Source: a virus
Taxonomy: Duplodnaviria; Caudoviricetes
Length of the DNA: 32,371 nt
Virus record (IMG/VR): IMGVR_UViG_3300007352_000460
Span: 1-32,371 of that record
Direction: 5' to 3' (one strand)
This document shows positions 16,521 to 25,366 of this stretch, piece after piece. Within the stretch, counting starts at the first letter, position 1. Every line of letters begins with the position of its first letter. Under the pieces are notes generated by a model. The model had not been told where the DNA came from. It saw only the letters and a program-made list of their open reading frames with translations, and did not search any database. Both the position numbers and the translations under genes were made by a program.

Positions 16521-19457
16521 CTAACGGTTAATCACTTTAATAACCCTTGCTCTAACCCCGCTCTCAAGAATTTTCCCTGGAATATCATACCGAATCTTCC
16601 CACCATGATGGTAACTATCAATTTTCCCGGCCGCAGCCCATTCCCGAATTATTCTTCGACTACTGGAAAATTGTTCTGATAAAAACCTGTCTACTACACT
16701 GCGAATTACATAGAGATTCAAGCTTTCCCGATACCCAAACCGGGGCCCTGAGGCACGCTCTGTAAACCTGTCCTGGTTTTCAGCCAACCAGTCAATAAAT
16801 GTCTCCCAGGCTCTTTCTGGTTCGCTGGCCTCAGACCTGGTTACCAGCCCGGCCAGCACCTGGGCGGCAGTGCCCGTGGCGCCGGCCTTCGCCTGCTCCC
16901 AGGGTTCACCGAACACCCAGGATGACGCCAGGTAATCAGCAGTCGCTACGCAGGCCACGGCGTCGATATGGCTGTCAACGCAGTCCGGATAGGATATCCT
17001 GAACCCAGCCTGAAATTCGCGGTACGTGGTAAAAATAGCCCCGTAGTCAGCCGCCAGCAACTGAGCCAGGAATTCAGGTCCTGCATGGCCGTGATTTCTC
17101 GGCAGGAAATAATACAGACCGCGGGCAAACTCGCGGTCATGCGCCAGAGGACCGTCGCAAACTTCCAGTACCCGGGTCATAACACCTTCCAAGGAACCGG
17201 TATTGGACAGCGTGCCTTCCCCTGTAGATAGCATAATGGTCCGCCAGGTGGCCAAGTTCTGTAGCCCGGTTTTAGTTCCCCGGCCGCGGCCCCGGCCTTC
17301 GCCCAGGATGTATAACAGCGGGTTGATATCCTGTTTTTTGAACCTGTTTAAAACCTCACGCTCATTAACGGCCAGCGGCAAGTCAGAATGCAATGCGGCC
17401 TTGCGCTCCATGGCCGTGGCGGTGGCGTCAAACGTTCCAATCAACAGGTCCGGGTTCCCCCATACCGACATGACCGCCCAAAGGGTTGCCGTTTTTCCGT
17501 CCTGACTACCACCCCAGTTGTGCAGGATGAAGTTCCGCTGGCCCAGGATCCGGAGCAATGGCGCCGCGAAGCTGGCCGCCAGGATGAACCTGGCCTTTGG
17601 TGACTGCCGCAGGTACTGCATCCTGGAGATCCATTCCTCCCGGGTACCGGCCGTGGTGAAGCCGGAAATTGTCCGCTGGCTGCCGTCGTCGTCGTTATCG
17701 ATGCGGTACCGGCTTGAAAAATTCGGGAGAACAAATTCACGGTCACCACGCCAGCCCAGCTTTGACACAGCCTGGGAAACAGGTATGGTATCACGGTTAA
17801 TGTCCGCAAGAGCATCAAACCATTTAACCAGATATTTAGATGATTCACTGGATACCGGTACCCCGAAGTCTGCCATCCGCAGGATTTTTCTGGCATCGAA
17901 AATAGTTGACCGCGGAAACAGCACCCGGCGCCACCCGTTCAAGTATTGGAAGCAAATTTCAAGTTTCTCGGTTTCCGTATCCACATTAAAAATACGTTCT
18001 GTAATAATCACTGGGGCGCCGGCGGCTTTATAGGTCATGATGTCCCCGGATCTTGTCTCCTTGACGAACAGGATACCTGATTTTTCGAATTTAAAGTTCG
18101 GTGGCAACGCCAGGTCCACCGGTAATTCCGGAACGGTATTCCTGAGCATCCTGGTACCCGGCGGTGTCTCCCCGGGCGAATTGTCTGAAGTCTCACCTGT
18201 CTGAACTAAATGATAGGGATTTTCCTGTCGAGCGTGCTGCCGGTGCTGCTTGATATTTTTTTCAAGATCATTCAGGTTGACGCGGCCCTTGCAGGAAGCC
18301 TTGAATTTAGCGTATTCGGCCTGGTCGTGTTTTTTTATAATCGCCAGGGCCCCCAGGACCTCCGGGACGAATACAGCTTCCGGAGTAGGCGCCGGGATCC
18401 CCCGGACGACGGCCCGGGCCTGCGCTACTTTGGATAAGCTCCATCCGCAGGGGGCCTGCACGCCGCACCCGTCCGGCGGGCAGCCCTGGAATCCGATAGC
18501 TTTCTGAATGTACTCGCATGACTGCGGATTCATGGCTAGGGCCTCATTGATTTTTTTGTCAGTATCCTCAGGTCGGTACCGCCCAGGGTCCAGGGCGGAA
18601 AACTGGTGGACTGCTTGGATGCCGTCCGATGCCCGGACAATATTTGTCAGCGCCGCCAGCCATTCGTCATAAGCGATGCTGGCAGCGTTCAGTTGGCAGT
18701 GCTGCAAGAAGCGGCAGGAACGGATCATGAGTTCCGCCAGGCCGTCAGTCGGCCGGCGCTCGAATGCCGCTGTTCGGCCAGGGGCGATAGTGCCGGTTTC
18801 GACCGGTGGTAGCAGATCCTCAATTTCCGAAGGGTTGTATCTGATATCGCCCTGCTCAATAATCTGGGCCATGACCGGGTTGTCCGGTTGTTTCTGGTTC
18901 ATGATTCCAGGTACCCGTAAGACCCGGGTCAGGTCCGCGGTGGTGTCGATTTTCCAACCACGGCTGGCGGCATTTTGTTTTACTACGGCCTGCAGTGCCC
19001 GAAGTAAGCCGGCGGCCTGGCCGCGCTCCTCAGGCGTGTCAAATTCCCAGGGCTCCCGAAAGAGCCAGTACGCATGGATGCCGTACCCGCTCCAGATCAC
19101 CATTGACGGCGGGAGTTCATCAGGTAGAAGCTCCATGGCAGCCGGTATGTCAGGAGGGAGCTCCTGGACCTTATGAACCGGGTGTTTGATATCGATATCC
19201 ACCCACAGGCCTGGAATGGCCGCAATTTCCTCGTTTTTGGGCCGCTCATATTGTCCCAGGCCTGTGGCAGTCACCCCAACACCGAAATATACGTCATGAT
19301 GGGCAGCCGCCAACTGGCTGGCGGTTTTTGCCATCGCCTGGATGTCGCCGGCGGAAAACGGGTATGTTTTCCGCCCGGACAACGTCCATAGGTAAAGATA
19401 ATATTTAGGATCAAGGTACTCATACAGGGAGAATAGAAAGTCGTATATAGGTTTCAA
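16521..19457 (-). CDS. Primase-helicase replication protein (RepB-type AEP primase + Cys-rich domain + DUF927/Cch-like helicase)
   Basis: 'DVYFG..LWVDID..SGYGIHAYW..RVLRVPG', 'CRFLQHC..SCEYI..GCP..C', 'KLGW', Walker A GGSQDGKT, 'STGE', 'NHGHAG'. Confidence 0.88.
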   Translation of the reverse strand: MKPIYDFLFSLYEYLDPKYYLYLWTLSGRKTYPFSAGDIQAMAKTASQLAAAHHDVYFGVGVTATGLGQYERPKNEEIAAIPGLWVDIDIKHPVHKVQELPPDIPAAMELLPDELPPSMVIWSGYGIHAYWLFREPWEFDTPEERGQAAGLLRALQAVVKQNAASRGWKIDTTADLTRVLRVPGIMNQKQPDNPVMAQIIEQGDIRYNPSEIEDLLPPVETGTIAPGRTAAFERRPTDGLAELMIRSCRFLQHCQLNAASIAYDEWLAALTNIVRASDGIQAVHQFSALDPGRYRPEDTDKKINEALAMNPQSCEYIQKAIGFQGCPPDGCGVQAPCGWSLSKVAQARAVVRGIPAPTPEAVFVPEVLGALAIIKKHDQAEYAKFKASCKGRVNLNDLEKNIKQHRQHARQENPYHLVQTGETSDNSPGETPPGTRMLRNTVPELPVDLALPPNFKFEKSGILFVKETRSGDIMTYKAAGAPVIITERIFNVDTETEKLEICFQYLNGWRRVLFPRSTIFDARKILRMADFGVPVSSESSKYLVKWFDALADINRDTIPVSQAVSKLGWRGDREFVLPNFSSRYRIDNDDDGSQRTISGFTTAGTREEWISRMQYLRQSPKARFILAASFAAPLLRILGQRNFILHNWGGSQDGKTATLWAVMSVWGNPDLLIGTFDATATAMERKAALHSDLPLAVNEREVLNRFKKQDINPLLYILGEGRGRGRGTKTGLQNLATWRTIMLSTGEGTLSNTGSLEGVMTRVLEVCDGPLAHDREFARGLYYFLPRNHGHAGPEFLAQLLAADYGAIFTTYREFQAGFRISYPDCVDSHIDAVACVATADYLASSWVFGEPWEQAKAGATGTAAQVLAGLVTRSEASEPERAWETFIDWLAENQDRFTERASGPRFGYRESLNLYVIRSVVDRFLSEQFSSSRRIIREWAAAGKIDSYHHGGKIRYDIPGKILESGVRARVIKVINR

Positions 19458-19482
19458 TGGTTTCTCCCTCTCTTTAGTTTAG

Positions 19483-19662
19483 TTAACTCTTCTTATAAAC
19501 ATTCAGGCCGATCTTCACATCATCACAACCAGGAAGGGGCTGATTTCCTTCAGTGCTGGCAATAATTGTGGTTTTGCCGCTTGATGAAGGGCCGAATTCC
19601 TTGCTGATGTCGATGGTTATGGTGAGAATATTTTTATTTAAGTCAAGTTTGACGTTTTTCAC
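19483..19662 (-). CDS. Small conserved-type hypothetical protein (59 aa, not in ORF track)
   Basis: GGAGG RBS then GTG 19662 overlapping the VRR-NUC stop. MKNVKLDLNKNILTITIDISKEFGPSSSGKTTIIASTEGNQPLPGCDDVKIGLNVYKKS*. Confidence 0.85.
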   Translation of the reverse strand: MKNVKLDLNKNILTITIDISKEFGPSSSGKTTIIASTEGNQPLPGCDDVKIGLNVYKKS

Positions 19663-20036
19663 CTGTTTATTTCCTCCCTTGAATTACCTGATAATATTTT
19701 CTTTGCTTCCTCCGGATTCCTGGCCACTCCGGCCAGGGCCCCCGCCCTGGCCATCTGCGCAAGAAAATTCTCCTGCTCCGGGCGCAGGCGGCCGGTTTTA
19801 GATTTAACTTCTATGAAAACCGCCCGTCCACCGCCGACGGCAACCCCGAACAGATCGGAAAAACCAGGGGGTAGGCCTGTCTTAAACCGGCGTGGCCGGT
19901 AAATGGTAATACTGCCGTCCGGGTTGTGCTTGATGCTGTCACCGGTCCAGGCCTCGCCCACATTAGCCCGAAAAGTTATTACTCCGAGCTTGGCAAGCTC
20001 TAAACGAATGAGATTTTGAATCGAATGTTCATTCAT
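19659..20036 (-). CDS. VRR-NUC domain nuclease
   Basis: 'EHSIQN..FRANVG..GFSDLFG..FIEVK..GRLRPEQENF'. Confidence 0.9.
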   Translation of the reverse strand: MNEHSIQNLIRLELAKLGVITFRANVGEAWTGDSIKHNPDGSITIYRPRRFKTGLPPGFSDLFGVAVGGGRAVFIEVKSKTGRLRPEQENFLAQMARAGALAGVARNPEEAKKILSGNSREEINR

Positions 20037-21062
20037 TTATGCAAGCCTCTCAGACATTTTTTCGATTAATCCCAGAACGGCTTTCTTATACCGCTCGGTT
20101 TCATCGATCTCGGCCAGCACTCCCAGCAGGGATTTGAAATTGTCAACTAATTCATCGAAATAAACCTTAAACTTAAGGGCCGCGGCATTAGTACCCTGCT
20201 GGGTTGTTTTATTCCGGAGCTCGTCAAGTTCTTTTTGTACTTCATCCGGGATCTTTTCAATGGTTGCAACCGGTGCTTCAATGGGTTTTTCTCTGAGCTG
20301 GCGTTCGAGTTCTTCGATTTTTTCAAGAGCTTTCGTGAGTTCGTTGTCCGTTTTGACAAGGGACTTGGAAAGACGATCAACCTCATCGGTGTTTCCGGAG
20401 GCCTGGGCTTCGGAGAGTTGCTTTTTCATATCAGCCATAGATTGCTGCAGTTTCTTGATTTCACTCTTTGATTCGTCTTTTTCTTTTTGAAGTGCATCCT
20501 GCAGCATTTTAACGCTATCCTGAGCTTTGCGAAGAACCTGATCAGTGGTCTGGAGGTTAGCTTCGATTTTGAACTTTTCCGCTGAAAGTATTTGTGCCTC
20601 TTCCGATTTTTCAACAGCGGCTTTTTGAGCAATTTCCAGTTTCCTTAACGCTTCATTTTTTTCCTTGATGGCCTGCTGCAGATCCCGGGTGGACATGTTT
20701 TCGAGATCATGTTCTTCGATAAATTTTTCCCGTTCTTCCACCCCGAGGAGAGCAACGGCCTGGGTATAGCTCAAATCTCCAAGCGCTTGGAAATTTGCAT
20801 TATCCCCCAAAAGGGATAATTGATTGGGACCATATTCTTCAAATATCCTCATGAGATTGTTGGCTGTGCTCTTGGAATATTCAACCGATCTTTCAAGCCA
20901 CTTACCCCATTCACCATGTGGTACTACCAATTTTGCTTCAGCAAGGCGCCGGCCGATCTCAATACTGTTATACAGGGCCATTGTTCTTGTTTGTTTTTTG
21001 ATATTGTTAATTTCAGCCGCTATCAATTCAGGAGTCCTCTGTATCGCAACCGCTTTTTCCAT
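20037..21062 (-). CDS. DUF3102-domain coiled-coil protein
   Basis: 'IEIGRRLAEAK..HGEWGKWL..YSKSTANNLMRIF..LSYTQAVALL'. Confidence 0.85.
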   Translation of the reverse strand: MEKAVAIQRTPELIAAEINNIKKQTRTMALYNSIEIGRRLAEAKLVVPHGEWGKWLERSVEYSKSTANNLMRIFEEYGPNQLSLLGDNANFQALGDLSYTQAVALLGVEEREKFIEEHDLENMSTRDLQQAIKEKNEALRKLEIAQKAAVEKSEEAQILSAEKFKIEANLQTTDQVLRKAQDSVKMLQDALQKEKDESKSEIKKLQQSMADMKKQLSEAQASGNTDEVDRLSKSLVKTDNELTKALEKIEELERQLREKPIEAPVATIEKIPDEVQKELDELRNKTTQQGTNAAALKFKVYFDELVDNFKSLLGVLAEIDETERYKKAVLGLIEKMSERLA

Positions 21063-21077
21063 CTTAAATCTCCTTTC

Positions 21078-21568
21078 TTATGCCGGTATTCTTACTCTTG
21101 ACTTTACTTTCTTGTTTTGTAGTTTTTCCGCCTCAAAAACCTTAATAAATTCTTTAACCTGATTGTCTGGATGACAGTTGTCAATCCCTCTAATCTGCAC
21201 TACCCGCCTGTTCCTGACCTCAGCGGTATAATACGGTTTGTCCGGCTCAGATATTTTGCGAATAAGCAGGAGAATATTCTCCCCGTCAGCATATCTTTTA
21301 GCGTAGGTACCAACGCAATGGTTAAGAGCCTTGCCTTCGGCTATAAGCTCATCGGAGCGCTGTGCTGGTCTAATAAGTAGCCCCTGGTTTGGAATTCTTT
21401 CCGGCAGTGGGTGCAGTAGCCGTACTGGCGCTTCCCCTCACGGCGGGTAAAAATGTACCGGCTGTGCCTGAAAACCGCATTGGTGGCAAAGTCTTTAATT
21501 TCTTGACTTATTCCCAGGGTAAAGTGGTCAATACAATCTTCATAATTCTCGTACCCGTTTTTCTTCAA
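21078..21568 (-). pseudogene. PcfJ-like gene, internally deleted and out of frame
   Basis: N-terminal piece (TTG 21568, ..GYCTHCRKEFQT) joins at about 21383, in the -1 frame, a PcfJ C-terminal domain GLLIRPA..ELIAEGKALNHCVGTY..IRK..PDKPYYTAEV..VVQIRG..* (stop 21078). Confidence 0.75.
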
Positions 21569-21584
21569 GTCATTTGCCCCCCCA

Positions 21585-21941
21585 TCATAGAAGATCCTCA
21601 AGCTTAACATCAAAATCAGGTACCGGAGCGACGGGGGGCAATGCTGGTACCGGCGTGGGTATGCTTACCCGGGCTTCTTCAATCCCGAAATACTTCAGGA
21701 CCACCGCAAAACCTTCAGCATCGGTCAGTACTGCGCAATTACCAACTTTATTTTTATTAGCAACTTTCCGCATTTCATCCAGGCTTTTTGCGATCGTCTT
21801 GTCTGTGGCCATGATTTTTTCTGCCGATACAGGGCATGTCTCCAGGTGTTGCAAAAGGAATCCGCCAACCACCTGAATATAGGGGTTGTTGGCGTTTTGG
21901 TTCATTTCTGTTCTTATTTTTGAAATTGCATTTTCAAGCAT
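21585..21941 (-). CDS. PcfK-like protein (family that includes AcrIIA9-annotated proteins)
   Basis: 'DKTIAKSLDEMRKVA..VGNCAVLTDAEGFAVVLKYF'. Lies directly upstream of the pcfJ-like gene, the usual pcfK-pcfJ order. Confidence 0.65.
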   Translation of the reverse strand: MLENAISKIRTEMNQNANNPYIQVVGGFLLQHLETCPVSAEKIMATDKTIAKSLDEMRKVANKNKVGNCAVLTDAEGFAVVLKYFGIEEARVSIPTPVPALPPVAPVPDFDVKLEDLL

Positions 21942-21954
21942 GGTTATTGCCTCC

Positions 21955-23331
21955 TTACCTGATAATTACTGGTATTCTTTTGATTTCAGCTATTTTTGTA
22001 ATCCATTTAAGTGAATAGCCGCGCCGTAGCGCAATCTGTTCAAGATCGGTAATATTTCTGGCCCGGCCAACTTCTTGCCGGCGTTTTTTACGCTCAAGTT
22101 CATCAATTTTGGCCAGTTCGCCCTTGCGCTGCTCTGGTTTGGACCGTTCTCCTGCCACATATGCATATCCACAGAGCGGGCAGCCAGGTGCTGGACGGTG
22201 GGCAGCGTAGCATCTCGGGCACTGCCGCAGTGATATTTCCCGGGGCTCCTGCTGTTTTTTCTTTTTTCCCTCAAGGGACCAGTCCCGATCTTCGTCAGGA
22301 AGCCCATGTCGATACACATTCCCCACGTGGTCAATGATGACGGCAACCTTATCCGGGTTGTTGCAATCCGGCCGCATTGGGCGCATTGATTGCTGAATGT
22401 GGAGCGTCAGGGACTGCGTGGGCCTAAGTAAGATAACCGCCTCCATGGCCGGCACGTCGAACCCCTCACTGATAAGGTCCACGTTGCACAGTACTTGTAT
22501 TTCCCCGGCTCTGAATTGCTCGATGGCAGCTTTTCTGACCGCATCCGGTGTCTCCCCGTCGATATGTACCGCCTGGATCCCGGCATCACGGAACATTTCT
22601 GCGGTATGCTCGGAATGTGCCCGGCCTACGCAGTAGCAAACGGCCCGTTTTCCATCGGCAAGTTTTTTATACTGCTCAATGGCATCCCCGATGATTTCCG
22701 ATTTATCCATCCGGAGAGCAATATCGGACCGGACATACTCTCCGTATTTGACCCGTAGGCCGTCCAGATTTGCCCTTACAGGCGGGGCATAGTACCGATA
22801 GGGTGATAGGTTGCCCCAATCAATCAACTGGCGTACAGACGGTCCCAGGACGAGGGATTCAAAAACGTCCCCCAGGCCTTCCCCGCCCATGCGGGCCGGA
22901 GTTGCGGTGAGGCCGATGACGAAAGCTTGAGGATAATATTCTAGCAGTTTTTTCCAGGTTTTAGCCGTACTGTGATGTGCCTCATCATATATTACCAACC
23001 CTGGAGTTTGAATTTTACCTAAGCGCCTAACCACAGTGAAAATGCTACCGATTTGTATCCGCTCATCAGTGTTCGGACTACCCGGGGCAATAATTCCATG
23101 CTGCACTCCCATGGCGGAAAACGTCCGGCTGCTCTGGTCAATTAGTTCCTGTCTATGGACTGTAAATAATACCTGCTGGCCCCGGACGGCGGTTTGCGCC
23201 GCCATCCAGGCCATAATCACTGTTTTCCCAGATCCGCAGGGGGCCACCATGCAGGTGCACCGGCGCCCCTGGCGGAACTCGTCACGGACGCCTTCAATGA
23301 GCAGTTCCTGATAATGTCGAAGTGTGAACAT
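21955..23331 (-). CDS. SF2 DEAD/DEAH-box helicase with C-terminal Zn finger
   Basis: LRHYQ, GSGKT, DEAHH, TATP, EGFDVP, CPRC/CPLC. Confidence 0.93.
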   Translation of the reverse strand: MFTLRHYQELLIEGVRDEFRQGRRCTCMVAPCGSGKTVIMAWMAAQTAVRGQQVLFTVHRQELIDQSSRTFSAMGVQHGIIAPGSPNTDERIQIGSIFTVVRRLGKIQTPGLVIYDEAHHSTAKTWKKLLEYYPQAFVIGLTATPARMGGEGLGDVFESLVLGPSVRQLIDWGNLSPYRYYAPPVRANLDGLRVKYGEYVRSDIALRMDKSEIIGDAIEQYKKLADGKRAVCYCVGRAHSEHTAEMFRDAGIQAVHIDGETPDAVRKAAIEQFRAGEIQVLCNVDLISEGFDVPAMEAVILLRPTQSLTLHIQQSMRPMRPDCNNPDKVAVIIDHVGNVYRHGLPDEDRDWSLEGKKKKQQEPREISLRQCPRCYAAHRPAPGCPLCGYAYVAGERSKPEQRKGELAKIDELERKKRRQEVGRARNITDLEQIALRRGYSLKWITKIAEIKRIPVIIR

Positions 23332-23569
23332 GGGTTTTCCTCTCTGTTTTGCAAATAGGGCAATACTGACTGGCCTTTTTCATGTTCTTCAGGCGGCGCT
23401 CAAAATTTCTGTCGCCGTTAGGCCATACCCGGACCAACTCAAAATCAATGCCGGTCCCGGCTCTATGTTGCTGAAGCCTGGACTGCAGTTCATCTTCGCC
23501 GCCATCAACAAAACCAATGTAATGTTTTGCGTGACGATAGTTTTTAGCAAAATGAAGCAGGTAAACCAT
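23294..23569 (-). CDS. Small GIY-YIG-like nuclease
   Basis: True start probably ATG 23569: MVYLLHF..HYIG..RLQQH..ERRLK..CPIC. The longer ORF-track N-terminus is an SSB shadow frame. Confidence 0.7.
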   Translation of the reverse strand: MVYLLHFAKNYRHAKHYIGFVDGGEDELQSRLQQHRAGTGIDFELVRVWPNGDRNFERRLKNMKKASQYCPICKTERKTHVHTSTLSGTAH

Positions 23570-23570
23570 C

Positions 23571-24185
23571 TTAAAAGGGGATGTCATCAAAGTTTCCACT
23601 GAACCCCTGCTGCCCGGGGGGCTGCGGGCCAGGTGGCATTCCCGGCGCGCCAGCGGGAGGTTTGCTATGCTGCCCAGCCGCTGGATATCCCGAGGGGGGC
23701 CCGGGAGGTCCCTGGTGATACTGTCCGGGAGGATACTGGCCAGGTCCCTGTTGTCCAAGATAGGGAGGATACCCACCAGGTCCCGGTGGTGGAACGTAAC
23801 CGGGGGCGCCGGCCGGCGATGGATATCCCGGATACCCGCCCGCCGGGCCCTGCGGATGGGCTGCTTGTCCTTGTGAAGGCGGAGGCTCGATGAAAGAAAA
23901 TCCCTGCACCGCAATTCTTACGGTAGTCCTGGTTTGCTGGGTTTGCTGGTCCGTCCAGCGATCCTGTTTGAGCCGACCCCATACTAATAGACGGTGGCCT
24001 TTACTGCATGAATTGGCGATGTTTTCCGCCTGTTTCTCCCATGCTTCGCAGTCAAAAAAGTCAGCTTCATTATTATTGCCATAACGGTTCAAGGCGAGGG
24101 TAAATCTGACTACTGCTTTACCCTGCGGTGTATACCTTAGTTCCGGGTCCCTCGTGAATCTACCTAAAATACCTACCTGGTTCAC
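23571..24185 (-). CDS. ssb: Single-stranded DNA-binding protein
   Basis: 'NQVGILGRFTRDPELRYTPQG..ADFFDC..KG', long P/G/Y/Q linker, acidic tip DDIPF. GAGGTG RBS then GTG 24185. Confidence 0.93.
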   Translation of the reverse strand: MNQVGILGRFTRDPELRYTPQGKAVVRFTLALNRYGNNNEADFFDCEAWEKQAENIANSCSKGHRLLVWGRLKQDRWTDQQTQQTRTTVRIAVQGFSFIEPPPSQGQAAHPQGPAGGYPGYPSPAGAPGYVPPPGPGGYPPYLGQQGPGQYPPGQYHQGPPGPPSGYPAAGQHSKPPAGAPGMPPGPQPPGQQGFSGNFDDIPF

Positions 24186-24189
24186 AAAA

Positions 24190-24855
24190 TCACCTCGTTC
24201 TTTGATAATAGAGTTTCGCTTCATCCTCAACCACAGCCAGTTCCAGATCTGATATTTGGCTGATCTGCTTTTCGAAACGCCGTTCCAGATATTCCTGCAG
24301 AGCGCCAAGATCCCAATTCAGGCATTGCCATAGATAGCAAATAGCCCTGATTTTTGGAGTGTCGGGCAACCCCGGAGGCAATCCCGGGCCAAGCGGCGCC
24401 GGCGTCGCACCGGATTGCATAAATTGTTCTTTGTCTGTCCTTCCGTCATTTTCCGGTTCGTCGCCGGTCTCAATATTCAGTGCGGTCAGCCAGGCGTACT
24501 TCATGGCCATGGTCTGAGCCTTGGCCACTGCCTTGTCGCCAGGATCAGTACCGGTGCCAAGACTGGTGACGGTGACCGATTCACCAGAATCAGCATCGAT
24601 AATAGTCAGCTTACACTGCACAGTAACCAACTGCCATACGCCGCCCCGGGCGGTGGCTTTTTCTTTTTCGCTGACTAGCGAGAATTCCGGCACGCTGGCA
24701 AGGCGGGCCTCGGCCAGGGCCTGGTTAACCTTTTCGGCCACGGCCGCAGCGGAAACATACTTGTACCTTTGTTCCTTGTTTTCGCTGTCCTTCTGGACAT
24801 AGCCGCAGGTCTTCATGACCTGTACAAGTTTGGCCGCGATGTTTTTTTGTTCCAT
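24190..24855 (-). CDS. ERF-family single-strand annealing protein
   Basis: 'YKYVS..GTDPGDKAVAKAQTMAMKY..IETGDEPEND'. Confidence 0.85.
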   Translation of the reverse strand: MEQKNIAAKLVQVMKTCGYVQKDSENKEQRYKYVSAAAVAEKVNQALAEARLASVPEFSLVSEKEKATARGGVWQLVTVQCKLTIIDADSGESVTVTSLGTGTDPGDKAVAKAQTMAMKYAWLTALNIETGDEPENDGRTDKEQFMQSGATPAPLGPGLPPGLPDTPKIRAICYLWQCLNWDLGALQEYLERRFEKQISQISDLELAVVEDEAKLYYQRTR

Positions 24856-24860
24856 TCTTA

Positions 24861-25355
24861 TCACCTAATCCTTATGTGGTAACCCTGGTGAAGGGCGGCG
24901 CCGGGAACTTCAGTTCCACGCTTAATGGTGTCGAGTATCAATTTCTTATCCAGAATGGGCGCAGGTACCGGGATATACCAGTATTCTTTTGGTATTTTTT
25001 CAATGTCCAGCACGGAAACACTGGCCGGCGATTTCTGACGTGCAACGGTACCGATATCGGTAAAAATCTTGTCTTTTGCCGTGAGCTCCATGGCCTGGAG
25101 TAGATAATCTTTGAGCCATTTAATCTTGTTTTCCGTGGACTTCTTTTTATCGGCCAGGCGCTTGGATTCACTGTCGAAGGCATCGGCGCTTTTTTCGAGA
25201 GATTTAATTATCTTGGCAATGCTACTGGCTTTCTGTTCAATGACCCCCTCGATTGCCTGAAGTGTGTCCTCAAGCGCCTGAAAATTAAGCTCGTCATCTG
25301 ATTCAAGGCTGTCGAAAATTTCATTGAAAGCACCGGTTAATTCATACAGTTTCAT
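24861..25355 (-). CDS. Siphovirus Gp157-family protein
   Basis: 'MKLYELT..DTL..E.KRL..LKDYL..KSPASV..IPKEY..DKK..VPGA'. Confidence 0.9.
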   Translation of the reverse strand: MKLYELTGAFNEIFDSLESDDELNFQALEDTLQAIEGVIEQKASSIAKIIKSLEKSADAFDSESKRLADKKKSTENKIKWLKDYLLQAMELTAKDKIFTDIGTVARQKSPASVSVLDIEKIPKEYWYIPVPAPILDKKLILDTIKRGTEVPGAALHQGYHIRIR

Positions 25356-25366
25356 GCTTGTCCTCC

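Noticed and set aside
15976-16679. Short + strand ORFs across the origin (15976..16194, 16349..16531, 16431..16679)
   Set aside because: Low-complexity translations of iteron and (TA)n sequence without RBS.
23570-23982. Long overlapping ORFs (N-terminal part of 23294..23914, 23665..23982 and + strand ORFs)
   Set aside because: Shadow frames of the GC-rich SSB linker. Only the part from ATG 23569 looks like a real protein.
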